A stretch of DNA of 32,000 bases from Candidatus Nanogingivalaceae bacterium (GTDB taxonomy: Bacteria > Patescibacteriota > Saccharimonadia > Saccharimonadales > Saccharimonadaceae). Where the stretch lies: contig CP072208.2 of the NCBI GenBank assembly GCA_015257795.3, forward strand, positions 570,001-602,000, in the 5' to 3' direction. Position numbers and translations under genes: made by a program. Below the pieces are notes generated by a model that saw only the letters and a program-made list of their open reading frames with translations, was not told where the DNA came from and made no database searches. Positions 1 through 8,594 of the stretch are shown here, piece by piece. Every line of letters starts with the position of its first letter. The first letter of the stretch is position 1.

Positions 1-593
1 TGGTCTTTTAATTTTTTTATAGTAAAAATAACATCGTCTGCAGTAATTTTTTGTCCATCAGACCAAGTAGCATTTTTACGCATTTTTATAGTGAAATTGC
101 GATAATTATCACTAGTTTCAACACTTTCCGCCAAATCTCCTTTCAGCGAGCCATCACTATCTATACTATACAATCTAGAAAAAGCAAGCCGCTCGAAAGA
201 TTTTTCTGCATCAGTTGTAGCAAAAATTGGATTTAAAGTTTTAATTTCACTCAAAAACCCTTCCGAATACGTCCCACCCCTAAAAAAAACCTCTTCAGAA
301 AAATTACGATCACTCAACCATCTAAATAAACCAATTGACGAAATCAATAGAGCCATCACACAAATCCAAACAACAATTAGTTTTCGAACGTTTGAGAGGT
401 TTTCGAAGCGTCCAAAGAATAGCTTCTTGGTATGCGAAATAACAGCTTTCTCAGCAATATCAGCCTTCTCTAAAAAAGACAGTTTTTTACTATCTATAGC
501 CTGAATTGAACGAACTTTCGAAACTTTGCCTCTATTTTTTTGAGACATATTAGAAACTCGCTTAACTTTTTTTGGGTTTTTTTTAAAATCCAT
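1..593 (-). CDS. ABC transporter substrate-binding protein, family 5 (OppA/DppA-like), N-terminal part; the ORF runs off the left edge of the window
   Basis: Own translation of the minus strand from the ATG at 593-591. It starts MDFKKNPKKVKRVSNMSQKNRGK, has one hydrophobic anchor (LIVVWICVMALLISSIGLF), then GGTYSEGFLSEIKTLNPIFATTDAEKSFERLAFSRLYSIDSDGSLKGDLAESVETSDNYRNFTIKMRKNATWSDGQKITADDVIFTI. This is typical of the N-terminal lobe of SBP_bac_5 proteins. There is no stop before position 1, which explains its absence from the ORF track. Confidence 0.7.
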   Translation of the reverse strand, partial: MDFKKNPKKVKRVSNMSQKNRGKVSKVRSIQAIDSKKLSFLEKADIAEKAVISHTKKLFFGRFENLSNVRKLIVVWICVMALLISSIGLFRWLSDRNFSEEVFFRGGTYSEGFLSEIKTLNPIFATTDAEKSFERLAFSRLYSIDSDGSLKGDLAESVETSDNYRNFTIKMRKNATWSDGQKITADDVIFTIKKLKD

Positions 594-600
594 AAAACCC

Positions 601-828
601 CTATTTAGGCAAAAGTAAAATTGTAAGAATTGATGCTACAAATATAAATGCAAAAAATATCGTAGCTCTAAAAATACTTTTCTCTACCCCGCGTCGCTCT
701 GTGTACAATTCACCGGAAGCACCAAAGCCAGCACCAAGGGTCGCACCACGCTGTTGAAGTAAAATTAAAAGCATTGTCAAAATACCCGAAATTACGGTCG
801 CAAATTGCAAAATAACATTAATATTCAT
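601..828 (-). CDS. secG: preprotein translocase subunit SecG
   Basis: 75-aa two-TM protein with the SecG-type central motif LLQQRGATLGAGFGASG. Its start shares one base with the stop of the upstream gene (TAATG overlap). Confidence 0.8.
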   Translation of the reverse strand: MNINVILQFATVISGILTMLLILLQQRGATLGAGFGASGELYTERRGVEKSIFRATIFFAFIFVASILTILLLPK

Positions 829-1199
829 TACAAAGTCTCCTTTTCTTTATCAATACCAAAAAATTGGCTTAAACTATAATTCAACAAACTCATCGCCGCA
901 CCAACTATAACAGAATTCCAAAATCCCATAGAAATATTTGGCGCCAAAATCATTGAAATCCACACAATTAAGCCATTTACAATTAATGTAAAGAAGCCAA
1001 AGGTTACAATAATCATTGGCAATGATAAGATTGTAAGAATAGTTTTTAGCGAACTATTAACAACCGAAAAAATCAGACCGGCTAAAAAGAAAGTTCCTGC
1101 ACTATGGTTACTGACATTTCCAAAAATTGAAACTAAAATCCATAGCAAAAAACTATTCAAAAACCACCGATTTATAAATGTTATCAATTGATCTTTCAC
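828..1199 (-). CDS. small 4-TM membrane protein, phage holin family 4 / DUF360-like
   Basis: 123-aa ORF with four hydrophobic segments, matching the size and topology of the YvlD/DUF360 family. It has an apparent GTG start, preceded by TGtTAAAAT and 6 nt, with no SD. Confidence 0.55.
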   Translation of the reverse strand: MKDQLITFINRWFLNSFLLWILVSIFGNVSNHSAGTFFLAGLIFSVVNSSLKTILTILSLPMIIVTFGFFTLIVNGLIVWISMILAPNISMGFWNSVIVGAAMSLLNYSLSQFFGIDKEKETL

Positions 1200-1256
1200 A
1201 TTACCATTTTAACATATTTCAACAATAAAAAAAACACCTTTTGGTGATTTTTAAAT

Positions 1257-1333
1257 TGGTGGGTCTGATGGGGTTCGAACCCATGACACCCTGCTTAAAA
1301 GGCAGGTGCTCTAACCAGCTGAGCTACAGACCC
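1257..1333 (-). tRNA. tRNA-Lys (anticodon TTT)
   Basis: The reverse complement folds as a 77-nt cloverleaf: GGGTCTG/CAGACCC acceptor, GCTC/GAGC D stem, CCTGC-CTTTTAA-GCAGG anticodon arm, ATGGG-TTCGAAC-CCCAT T arm, encoded CCA. Upstream promoter is AAAAAGTCTTGACT-17-TATACT. Confidence 0.92.
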
Positions 1334-1378
1334 GTGCACTAACTGTATTTAAGAGTATATCTTATTTATCAATAAAAG

Positions 1379-1843
1379 TCAAGACTTTTTCTCGTTTTTC
1401 TTAAATTTAACTGGCGCAATACTCAAAATTGAAAGCACAACGCCAGCCAATATCACCCAGTTCATCCAATAGCCTAAAAAGATAGCTATATTTTTAGACA
1501 TATTATCTAAAACAAAAACTTTTTCAAAATATGGTAACAACAATAAAAATGCAAAAAATGCAGAAAATGCAGAAGAAATAACCCTAATAATCCAATTTTC
1601 TTGCTTTGGGTTTTTTGTCAAAATTAATAAAGCTGGTGCTAAAATCAAGACAATCCCAACAATTCCACTTAGTGTTAATTCTGGAATTGTTAAATTTGAA
1701 GTTGTCAAAAAATTCGTAATTTCTTTATTCCAGTATTTATTAAGCACAACCCCAGATAAAACTACTAAGTTGAAATATCCCATTTTTCGTTGCGAAAGTG
1801 TCAAAAAAACAATCAAAATCGCAATAAATATTATTGTTATCAT
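1379..1843 (-). CDS. hypothetical integral membrane protein
   Basis: 154-aa ORF with 4-5 hydrophobic helices and no recognisable family. TATAAT (1851-1856) lies 7 nt upstream of the ATG, with no SD. Confidence 0.6.
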   Translation of the reverse strand: MITIIFIAILIVFLTLSQRKMGYFNLVVLSGVVLNKYWNKEITNFLTTSNLTIPELTLSGIVGIVLILAPALLILTKNPKQENWIIRVISSAFSAFFAFLLLLPYFEKVFVLDNMSKNIAIFLGYWMNWVILAGVVLSILSIAPVKFKKNEKKS

Positions 1844-1872
1844 AATTAATATTATACTCTATTTTTCAATTT

Positions 1873-2973
1873 TCAAAACAATGACTTTTTAGATTTTTTA
1901 AATTCTTTAAGAAGTTCTTTTTGCTTCTTCGAAAGTCGTGTTGGAGTTTCAACAATAATCGTTACAATGTGCGCACCACGTTTATCATTTCGAAGATATG
2001 GAACTCCGTGCCCAGAAAGCTTAAAGTCAGTGTGGCTTTGTGTTCCAGCTGGAACTTTCATAGTTAATGGGCCATCAATAGTTTCAACTTCGATTTCAGC
2101 GCCCAGAGCAGCATCAACCATTGAAATCTTTTCTTCACTTAAAATTAAGCTACCCTCTCGAGTGAATTTTTTATCCGCTTTAACCCTAATATTTACATAT
2201 AGATCACCGTTTTGACCACCTTTAACAGCCTCACCATGACCAGAAAGACGAATTGTTGCGCCATCATCAATTCCTGCTGGAATTTTAAGTTTAATAGTTT
2301 GTTTCTTGCGAGAGATTCCGCTTCCACCACAAACTGAACAATTTTGTTCCGGAACTTCACCGCTGCCACTACATGTCGGGCAAGTTACCGTTTGCTGAAT
2401 TGGTCCAAAAAGAGTTTGAGTTGCTCTAGTTTGTTGGCCGCTTCCATTACAATCTGGACATTTTTTCATTCCATGGCCAGGCTCTGCACCAGAACCTTTA
2501 CAGTGTTCACATTTACTGTCTAAATTTAACGCAATTTCAGTTTCAGTACCAAAAATAGCTTCCTTAAAATTGAGCGTTAATTCTACTTCAACATCTCGGC
2601 CTTTTTTAGCTTGAGACCCTCGATTTTGCGAAAAACCACCGCCAAAAATTCCATCAAAAATATCACCAAATCCACCGCCAAAATCAAAATTAACATTTTG
2701 TCCAGAAAATCCATTAAATCCTTCGAAAGGATTTCCACCAGAGAAACCGCCAGAATTTCCACCAACTCCGGCATGCCCAAATTGGTCGTAACGTTGACGT
2801 TTTTCTTTGTCTTTCAGAACTTCGTAAGCCTCATTCACTTCTTTAAAGGCTTTTTCGTCACCGCCCTTATCTGGGTGAAGTTCAATAGCTTTTTTTCGAA
2901 AAGCTTTTTTAATTTCATCAGCACTGGCGTCTTTTTTAACGCCCAAAATATCATAATAATCAGCTTTGCTCAT
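1873..2973 (-). CDS. dnaJ: molecular chaperone DnaJ (Hsp40)
   Basis: J domain with HPD (DYYDILGV...ELHPDKGGD), a G/F-rich linker, four CxxCxGxG zinc-finger repeats and a C-terminal substrate-binding domain. Ends at a TGA stop. Confidence 0.96.
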   Translation of the reverse strand: MSKADYYDILGVKKDASADEIKKAFRKKAIELHPDKGGDEKAFKEVNEAYEVLKDKEKRQRYDQFGHAGVGGNSGGFSGGNPFEGFNGFSGQNVNFDFGGGFGDIFDGIFGGGFSQNRGSQAKKGRDVEVELTLNFKEAIFGTETEIALNLDSKCEHCKGSGAEPGHGMKKCPDCNGSGQQTRATQTLFGPIQQTVTCPTCSGSGEVPEQNCSVCGGSGISRKKQTIKLKIPAGIDDGATIRLSGHGEAVKGGQNGDLYVNIRVKADKKFTREGSLILSEEKISMVDAALGAEIEVETIDGPLTMKVPAGTQSHTDFKLSGHGVPYLRNDKRGAHIVTIIVETPTRLSKKQKELLKEFKKSKKSLF

Positions 2974-2992
2974 ATATTTATATTATATCAAA

Positions 2993-3019
2993 TTAGCACT
3001 TAAAGCGCAAGAGTGCTAA
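2993..3019. promoter_or_regulatory. CIRCE operator (HrcA binding site) overlapping the dnaJ promoter
   Basis: TTAGCACTT-N9-GAGTGCTAA. On the minus strand the spacer contains TTGCGC (3010-3005), followed by 17 nt, TATAAT (2987-2982), 8 nt and the dnaJ ATG. Confidence 0.88.
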
Positions 3020-3360
3020 TTTTCTTCAAGTTTCGAAAGTTTAAACTCTAAACCAGAAATTTCAACGCTCAATTTGTAGCTCTGCTCACTTAAACGTTCA
3101 ATTTCATAATCTGCTCTATCTAAAAAATTCCCATAAGAATGAACATCACCCATTTCTTCCGGATCAGCCTCTCGAGTAAGTTTTAAAGCTTCTTGAATCT
3201 GTGCCTGAATTTTCTCATCTTGCTGTTCAAGTTTGGAAATTTTATTTTTAATTTGCTCAATTTCTTTTTGTCTTTCCGAACTTGGATCAATTTCCGAAAG
3301 CTCTTCCCAGCTATTTTGCGAATTAGTTTGATATTTTTTATTTTTATTAAAATCTTCCAT
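3016..3360 (-). CDS. hypothetical acidic coiled-coil protein
   Basis: 114-aa ORF rich in E/K/Q heptad-like sequence, lying between dnaK and dnaJ. It has its own putative promoter, TTGCGA-17-TAAGAT (3395-3367), 6 nt upstream of the ATG. Confidence 0.6.
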   Translation of the reverse strand: MEDFNKNKKYQTNSQNSWEELSEIDPSSERQKEIEQIKNKISKLEQQDEKIQAQIQEALKLTREADPEEMGDVHSYGNFLDRADYEIERLSEQSYKLSVEISGLEFKLSKLEEN

Positions 3361-3401
3361 GAAAATATCTTATCAGATTTCGAAGCAAATCGCAACAAAC
3401 T

Positions 3402-3431
3402 AAAAGACGCCCGATTATTCGAACGTCTTTT
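3402..3431 (-). terminator. intrinsic terminator downstream of dnaK
   Basis: Minus-strand hairpin AAAAGACG ... CGTCTTTT followed by T residues, directly after the dnaK stop. Confidence 0.65.
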
Positions 3432-3447
3432 AAGGAAAGAATCTTAG

Positions 3448-5328
3448 TTATTTTTTATCGATTACTTCGCCCTCAACAGGTTCATTGTCTTTCTTATCTG
3501 ATTCTTTGACATCTGAAGCTTCTGCGCTTTGTGCTTGATACAATTTAGCACCAATTGGCATAATTGCATCTTGAAGATCTTTCGAAGCTTTTTCAAGCTC
3601 ATCTTTATCTTCAGAATTTTGATGTTTTTTAGCTTCTTCAACCGCTTTCGAAATTGCTTCTTCATCTTCTTTCGAAATTTTATCTTTAAATTCGCTTGGC
3701 ATTTTTTCAGCTTGATAAATAGCATTTTCAAGTTGGTTTTTTGCATCAATTATTTCGCGCTTTTTCTTGTCTTCGTCTGCGTGAAGTTCTGCTTCTTTTT
3801 GAGCTTTTTCAATATCTTCTTTACTCATATTTCCTGAGTTTTGAATTGTAATATTATTCTCTTTACCAGTTCCTTTATCTTTAGCAGTAACTGTTAGGAT
3901 TCCGTTCGCATCGATATTGAAAGTAACTTCAATTTGTGGAACTCCGCGTGGAGCTGGAGCAATTCCTGAAAGCACAAACATTCCGAGTGATTTGTTGTCA
4001 GCGGCCATTTCACGTTCACCTTGAAGTACATGAATTTCAACTTGCGGCTGATTGTCAGCGTAAGTTGAGAAAACTTGCGATTTCGAAGTTGGCACAGTTG
4101 TGTTTCGATCAATCATTGGAGTTCGAACGCCACCAGCAGTTTCGATTCCAAGAGTCAAAGGTGTAACGTCAAGAAGGAGCACATCTTTAACATCTCCAGC
4201 CAAAACACCACCTTGAATTGCAGCACCAACAGCCACAACTTCATCAGGGTTTACACCTTGAGTTGGTTTTTTACCAAAGATTTTTTCAACTTTTTCAACT
4301 ACGGCTGGCATTCGGGTCATACCACCAACCATCACAACTTCAGCAATATCACTAGCTTTTAGATCTGCATCTTTTAGAGCTTTTTCAACAGGATCAGCTA
4401 GTCGCTCAATCAAATCAGCAACTAATTCTTCGAGTTTTGCTCGAGTTAGAGTGTATTCAAAGTGTTTTGGACCATCTTCATCAGCTGTCAAGAATGGCAA
4501 GTTCACTTCATAAGATATTGTCGAAGAAAGCTCTTTCTTAGCTTTTTCAGCTTCATCCTTCAAGCGTTGCATTGCAGCAGAATCATTTTTAAGATCGATT
4601 CCTTCTTCTTTTTTAAATTCTTCTAAGAAATGGTTCACAATTCGGTTGTCGAAGTCTTCACCACCGAGGTGTGTATCACCGTTTGTTGAAAGAACTTCAA
4701 ACACGCCATCAGCAATATCAAGCACTGAAACATCGAATGTTCCACCACCAAGGTCGAAAACAGCAATTTTTTCGTCTTTTTTACCATCCAAGCCATAAGC
4801 AAGTGCGGCTGCAGTTGGTTCGTTAATGATTCGTTTTACCTCAAGACCTGCAATTTTACCAGCATCTTTTGTTGCTTGACGTTGGCTGTCATCAAAGTAA
4901 GCTGGAACGGTAATCACAGCTTCGGTAACTTTTTCGCCCAAGAAAGCTTCGGCGTCAGCTTTAATTTTCGAAAGAATCATCGCTGAAACTTCTTCTGGTG
5001 TATATTCTTTGTCACCCATTTTCACGGCAACACCATTACCTTTTTTAACAATTTCGTAAGGCATAATTCCGAGATCTTTTTGAACTTCCTCGTCAGAATA
5101 TTTTCGTCCAATCAAACGCTTTACGCCATAAATTGTATTTTTTGGATTTGTTACGCGTTGACGTTGAGCAACTTGGCCAACCAAACGATCACCTTTTTTA
5201 TTAATCGCTACAACTGATGGAGTAGTTCGATTTCCTTCCGCATTTGTAATCACTTCTGGTTTTCCGGCAACCATGTAAGCAAAAGCACTGTTGGTTGTAC
5301 CAAGGTCAATTCCAATAATTTTTCCCAT
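3448..5328 (-). CDS. dnaK: molecular chaperone DnaK (Hsp70)
   Basis: Canonical Hsp70 motifs are present ([26 protein letters not shown]). The start is placed at [10 protein letters not shown] (ATG 5328), which has an AAGGA SD, rather than the upstream ATG at 5358 used by the ORF track. Confidence 0.97.
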   Translation of the reverse strand: MGKIIGIDLGTTNSAFAYMVAGKPEVITNAEGNRTTPSVVAINKKGDRLVGQVAQRQRVTNPKNTIYGVKRLIGRKYSDEEVQKDLGIMPYEIVKKGNGVAVKMGDKEYTPEEVSAMILSKIKADAEAFLGEKVTEAVITVPAYFDDSQRQATKDAGKIAGLEVKRIINEPTAAALAYGLDGKKDEKIAVFDLGGGTFDVSVLDIADGVFEVLSTNGDTHLGGEDFDNRIVNHFLEEFKKEEGIDLKNDSAAMQRLKDEAEKAKKELSSTISYEVNLPFLTADEDGPKHFEYTLTRAKLEELVADLIERLADPVEKALKDADLKASDIAEVVMVGGMTRMPAVVEKVEKIFGKKPTQGVNPDEVVAVGAAIQGGVLAGDVKDVLLLDVTPLTLGIETAGGVRTPMIDRNTTVPTSKSQVFSTYADNQPQVEIHVLQGEREMAADNKSLGMFVLSGIAPAPRGVPQIEVTFNIDANGILTVTAKDKGTGKENNITIQNSGNMSKEDIEKAQKEAELHADEDKKKREIIDAKNQLENAIYQAEKMPSEFKDKISKEDEEAISKAVEEAKKHQNSEDKDELEKASKDLQDAIMPIGAKLYQAQSAEASDVKESDKKDNEPVEGEVIDKK

Positions 5329-5434
5329 TCTATCCTTCTTTCTTTTATTAATTATCACTGCAATTTCTTGCGTTTATTATCTTATTTTTGGCGCGCCTCG
5401 TAGTTCTCTCGCGCCATATTTAAATTATACGCTT

Positions 5435-5461
5435 TTAGCACTCACAAGTCAAGAGTGCTAA
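5435..5461. promoter_or_regulatory. CIRCE operator overlapping the dnaK promoter
   Basis: Perfect TTAGCACTC-N9-GAGTGCTAA. On the minus strand the spacer carries TTGACT (5452-5447), followed by 17 nt and TATAAT (5429-5424). Confidence 0.92.
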
Positions 5462-5533
5462 TGATGTATTATTTACAATATTTATTATTAATACCCTTTA
5501 TGCTATAGTTAATATTAAATATTTTTATTTATG

Positions 5534-5570
5534 CAACAATAGCGCTCTTAGTTTGCGAGCGCTATTGTTG
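5534..5570. promoter_or_regulatory. CIRCE-like extended inverted repeat (14 nt arms, 9 nt spacer)
   Basis: CAACAATAGCGCTC-ttagtttgc-GAGCGCTATTGTTG. The inner 9-mers ATAGCGCTC / GAGCGCTAT match the CIRCE half-sites TTAGCACTC / GAGTGCTAA at 7 of 9 positions, with the same N9 spacing. Confidence 0.5.
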
Positions 5571-5602
5571 TATTATTTAGATATTTATTAGATACCGTAT
5601 AT

Positions 5603-5631
5603 TTGACATAATTAAAGTAATATATTATAAT
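5603..5631 (+). promoter_or_regulatory. sigma-70-type promoter for the Zn-ribbon mini-gene
   Basis: TTGACA (5603-5608), a 17-nt spacer, TATAAT (5626-5631). Confidence 0.6.
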
Positions 5632-5779
5632 TATAAAATCTAGGTAAGTCCTTTAACTTTCTAGAAGTTTAGAAGTAGAGGTATTAGTATCTACTTCATG
5701 CAGTTTTCTTTTTGCAAATTGAATTCAATTTTAGAAACAAATGAATTTAATTTTCGAAACAATATCAAGGAGGAAAGCC

Positions 5780-5944
5780 ATGGATAATAAATTCCCTTGT
5801 CCAAAATGCGGATCTTACGATATAGAAATTTCATATGCTACACTTTCAGGTCTAGATATGCCTACAGCAGTCTACGGTTTTACTAAGTATGATTATGTCT
5901 GTCATAAGTGTGGAGGTTCTGGATATCATTGGATCGCCCCTTAA
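5780..5944 (+). CDS. small zinc-ribbon protein (54 aa)
   Basis: Sequence is MDNKFPCPKCGSYD...VCHKCGGSG, with two CxxC pairs. A strong AGGAGG SD lies 6 nt upstream of the ATG at 5780, so this start is preferred over the track start at 5741. Confidence 0.7.
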   Translation: MDNKFPCPKCGSYDIEISYATLSGLDMPTAVYGFTKYDYVCHKCGGSGYHWIAP

Positions 5945-5976
5945 ATCCCATCATAGAGTGATGGGATTTTTCCTTT
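5943..5976 (+). terminator. intrinsic terminator
   Basis: 11-bp stem AAATCCCATCA / TGATGGGATTT with a 5-nt loop, followed by a T run. Confidence 0.75.
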
Positions 5977-5994
5977 TTAGATATAAATGTATTA

Positions 5995-8358
5995 CTAATA
6001 AAATTTCAAATATCCCCAATTCTCTATCTCTGGCGCGTCTACTGAATTTTCTCGCGCAAAGCGTAAAGCATCATCTTGGCGTTTTCGATATTCTTTTACA
6101 AGACTCTCAAAAACTTCATCACCTTTACTAACCGAATTTAAGGCTCTCGCTGCAATATCATATCGCGATACTTTATTTCTCGCAAGCATATCAAACGGTG
6201 TAGTTGTTGAGCCTTTTTCTTCATACCCATTAATTTGAATACGCGCTGGATTTTGATAATCAAATAAAATTGATTTGAGAGTTTTAGCGTATCCGTGAAA
6301 AGCAAATATAACTGGCTTATCTTTAGTAAAAATCTTCACAAAGTCGCTTTTCGAAAGCGTATTTTCGAAAGTTCCAATTCCTTTTCCACAAAGCGCCTGA
6401 ATATAAACCAAGCGAATCTTAACTTGCGCAACATCATGAAGCAAAACTTGAAGTGCCGCAACTGTTTCTTTAAAGACATAATCACCACTTGCCGCCAAAA
6501 TTAAATCCGGTTCATCATCTTCCAAAATTGAATCCCAATCTGTAATCTTCTGATTTTTCCAACTATCAAAAATAAATATTCCGCCATTTTCAAGCTGTTT
6601 TTGCGCGCTTTCTAGAGAAAAATATCTTGGCTCTGGCGTTTTTCCCGCAACTAAAACATTGATATTATTTCGAGATTTTAGCATTTTCGAAATCGACACA
6701 ACCGCAGAGTTGTCATCCGCCGGCAAAAAAATCTGTCCAATTCCATTTTCGCGCCGCAAAACTTCATCAATAAAGCTTGGATTTTGGTGCGAAAAACCAT
6801 TGTGATCTTGACGCCAACCAGTTGAAGTTAGAATATAATTCAAACTTGCTAAATCACCTCGCCATTTTACCTCTTTCGATTGTGCCAAAAACTTCGCATA
6901 TTGATCCATCATTGAAGAAATAATTGGCGCAAAAGCTTCATACGAAGTTAAAATCCCGTGTCGACCAGTTAAAATATATCCTTGCAAAAGCCCTTGTAAG
7001 CAGTTTTCACTTAGAATTTCCGTCACCCGACCATTTTTTGCCAAATCCTTTTCCCAAGGTTTAATTTCTCGTTGCCAAGAACGTGAAGTTGCTTCAAAAA
7101 TCGCATCTAGTTTATTTGAATAGGTTTCATCTGGGCTAAAAAACCTAAAATTATCAGGGTTTTTTTCGAAAACTTTCTCCAACAAACCACCAACGGCATT
7201 CATTGCAAGAGATTTTTCGCCTAGCCCTTCAGTAGTTTCCGGCAATTTTAGCTCTTTAAAATTCAAATTCGCATCAATAAAACGATTTCGGCCAATTCTG
7301 CTTGAACTTTCTGGCAAAAAGTCATTAAGCCATTCCTTAAATTCACCTCGCTTATAATCAAAAAGCTCATCAAACTTATATGATTTCATCCAATTTTCAA
7401 GTTTTTCAAGCTCATTTTTATCTGTTTTTGCCTTTAAAAGAGGCACTTGGTGTGCAAGTGAATTTCCTTCAATTTTTTGACCATTATTTTCCTTTACACC
7501 CGAGCTACCTTTTTTGCTTCGCATAATAATCATTGGTAAACGGATAAATTTATTGTTTCGCCCAAATTTTATTCGCGAAATATCTCGAAACGCATTCGAA
7601 AATACATTCGAAAGTTCCAAATCAAAATCTTCTGCGGAATATTCATCGACAATTTTAGGCTCCCAACCAGCTCCATGAAAAAATTGAATTAACTCAAAAT
7701 CACTCATTGAACCAAAGATCGTTGGACCCGAAATTTTATAACCATTTAAATGTAAAATCGGCAAAACAACCCCGTTTTCAACCGGATCAATCAATTTATT
7801 CAAGTGCCAAGAGGCTGCAATCGTTCCGGTTTCAGCTTCACCGTCACCAATTAAAGTTGTAATTACTAGGTTTGGATTATCTAAAACAGCACCAAAAGCG
7901 GTAGACAATGAATAACCGAGCTCACCGCCCTCAAGAATTACACCAGGCGTAAATGGGCTGGCGTGCGATGGAAAACCGCCCGGCCAAGAAAAGTTTTTCG
8001 AAATATACTGAATTCCGCTACGATTTCGAGCAGCATTAATATCAAATTTCGAAAGAGTTTCTTCAAGAAAAAGATTCGCTTGAAGTGCCGGAAAAGCATG
8101 GCCAGGACCAAGCATAAACGCTGTTTTTAGATCACTTTTAGCAAAATCTAGCTGTTTTTGCATATTTAAAAGATGTGCATAAACATGATTAACACCCGGA
8201 CAACTTCCCCAATGACCAAGAAGCCGAGGTTTAATGTCTTCAGAAGTTAAGGGGCGCTCCAACAGAAAATTGTCTTGCAAAAAAATTTGCGAAACCGTTA
8301 AATAATTTGCCGCACGAATAAACTTTTTAATATTTTCAAGATTTTGCCCACTATTCAT
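5995..8358 (-). CDS. xfp: xylulose-5-phosphate/fructose-6-phosphate phosphoketolase (TPP-dependent)
   Basis: 787 aa, the typical XFP length, with family motifs (GHWGSCPG, EGGELGYS, GDGEAETG). No SD; TGaTAAAAT (8374-8366) lies 7 nt upstream of the ATG. Confidence 0.95.
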   Translation of the reverse strand: MNSGQNLENIKKFIRAANYLTVSQIFLQDNFLLERPLTSEDIKPRLLGHWGSCPGVNHVYAHLLNMQKQLDFAKSDLKTAFMLGPGHAFPALQANLFLEETLSKFDINAARNRSGIQYISKNFSWPGGFPSHASPFTPGVILEGGELGYSLSTAFGAVLDNPNLVITTLIGDGEAETGTIAASWHLNKLIDPVENGVVLPILHLNGYKISGPTIFGSMSDFELIQFFHGAGWEPKIVDEYSAEDFDLELSNVFSNAFRDISRIKFGRNNKFIRLPMIIMRSKKGSSGVKENNGQKIEGNSLAHQVPLLKAKTDKNELEKLENWMKSYKFDELFDYKRGEFKEWLNDFLPESSSRIGRNRFIDANLNFKELKLPETTEGLGEKSLAMNAVGGLLEKVFEKNPDNFRFFSPDETYSNKLDAIFEATSRSWQREIKPWEKDLAKNGRVTEILSENCLQGLLQGYILTGRHGILTSYEAFAPIISSMMDQYAKFLAQSKEVKWRGDLASLNYILTSTGWRQDHNGFSHQNPSFIDEVLRRENGIGQIFLPADDNSAVVSISKMLKSRNNINVLVAGKTPEPRYFSLESAQKQLENGGIFIFDSWKNQKITDWDSILEDDEPDLILAASGDYVFKETVAALQVLLHDVAQVKIRLVYIQALCGKGIGTFENTLSKSDFVKIFTKDKPVIFAFHGYAKTLKSILFDYQNPARIQINGYEEKGSTTTPFDMLARNKVSRYDIAARALNSVSKGDEVFESLVKEYRKRQDDALRFARENSVDAPEIENWGYLKFY

Positions 8359-8402
8359 ATGTTATATTTTATCATATTTATGCTTAATTTTAAAGTTTCA
8401 AA

Positions 8403-8559
8403 ATTAAAAACCGCCTAATATTAGACGGTTCGGTTATAAGAGGATAGGCTTCCTCAAGACAAAAAGAAAAGTACGGACTCTAGCTTTTTAAAAAATCATT
8501 TTGGTAGGAGGCTAATCCGCGAGTCCCAACCTTCTAGAATAAGGCGAAACGGATCAACG
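8403..8559 (-). ncRNA. candidate small RNA or regulatory leader (no family recognised)
   Basis: Bounded by a near-consensus promoter (8594-8566) and an intrinsic terminator (hairpin 8409-8430 plus T run on the minus strand). It holds no ORF of useful length. It contains internal hairpins (GAGGA-agccta-TCCTC; GGGACTC...GAGTCC) and a CCUCCU tract. Confidence 0.35.
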
Positions 8560-8565
8560 CTTATA

Positions 8566-8594
8566 ATAATATCACATTCCTTATATTTTGTCAA
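8566..8594 (-). promoter_or_regulatory. sigma-70-type promoter (minus strand) just downstream of the grpE stop
   Basis: Minus strand reads TTGACA (8594-8589), a 17-nt spacer, TATTAT (8571-8566). Confidence 0.5.

Noticed and set aside
1873-1875. Alternative genetic code (UGA recoded, as in some candidate phyla)
   Set aside because: dnaJ terminates at a TGA at the expected C-terminal position, and all conserved genes give full-length products under the standard code. Code 11 therefore fits.
1967-3003. ORFs overlapping dnaJ (1967-2215 +, 2583-2780 -, 2611-3003 +)
   Set aside because: They are off-frame or antisense shadows of the dnaJ CDS, with no independent support.
3462-4362. Several 70-100 aa ORFs from the track that overlap dnaK on either strand (3462-3749, 3529-3837, 3894-4112, 3936-4166, 4075-4362)
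   Set aside because: They lie entirely inside the highly conserved dnaK reading frame. Their low-complexity K/F/L-rich translations are typical of off-frame AT-rich sequence, and they have no start signals.
5889-6131. 80-aa plus-strand ORF spanning the Zn-ribbon terminator and the phosphoketolase 3' end
   Set aside because: It runs through an intrinsic terminator and is antisense to the conserved xfp C-terminus.
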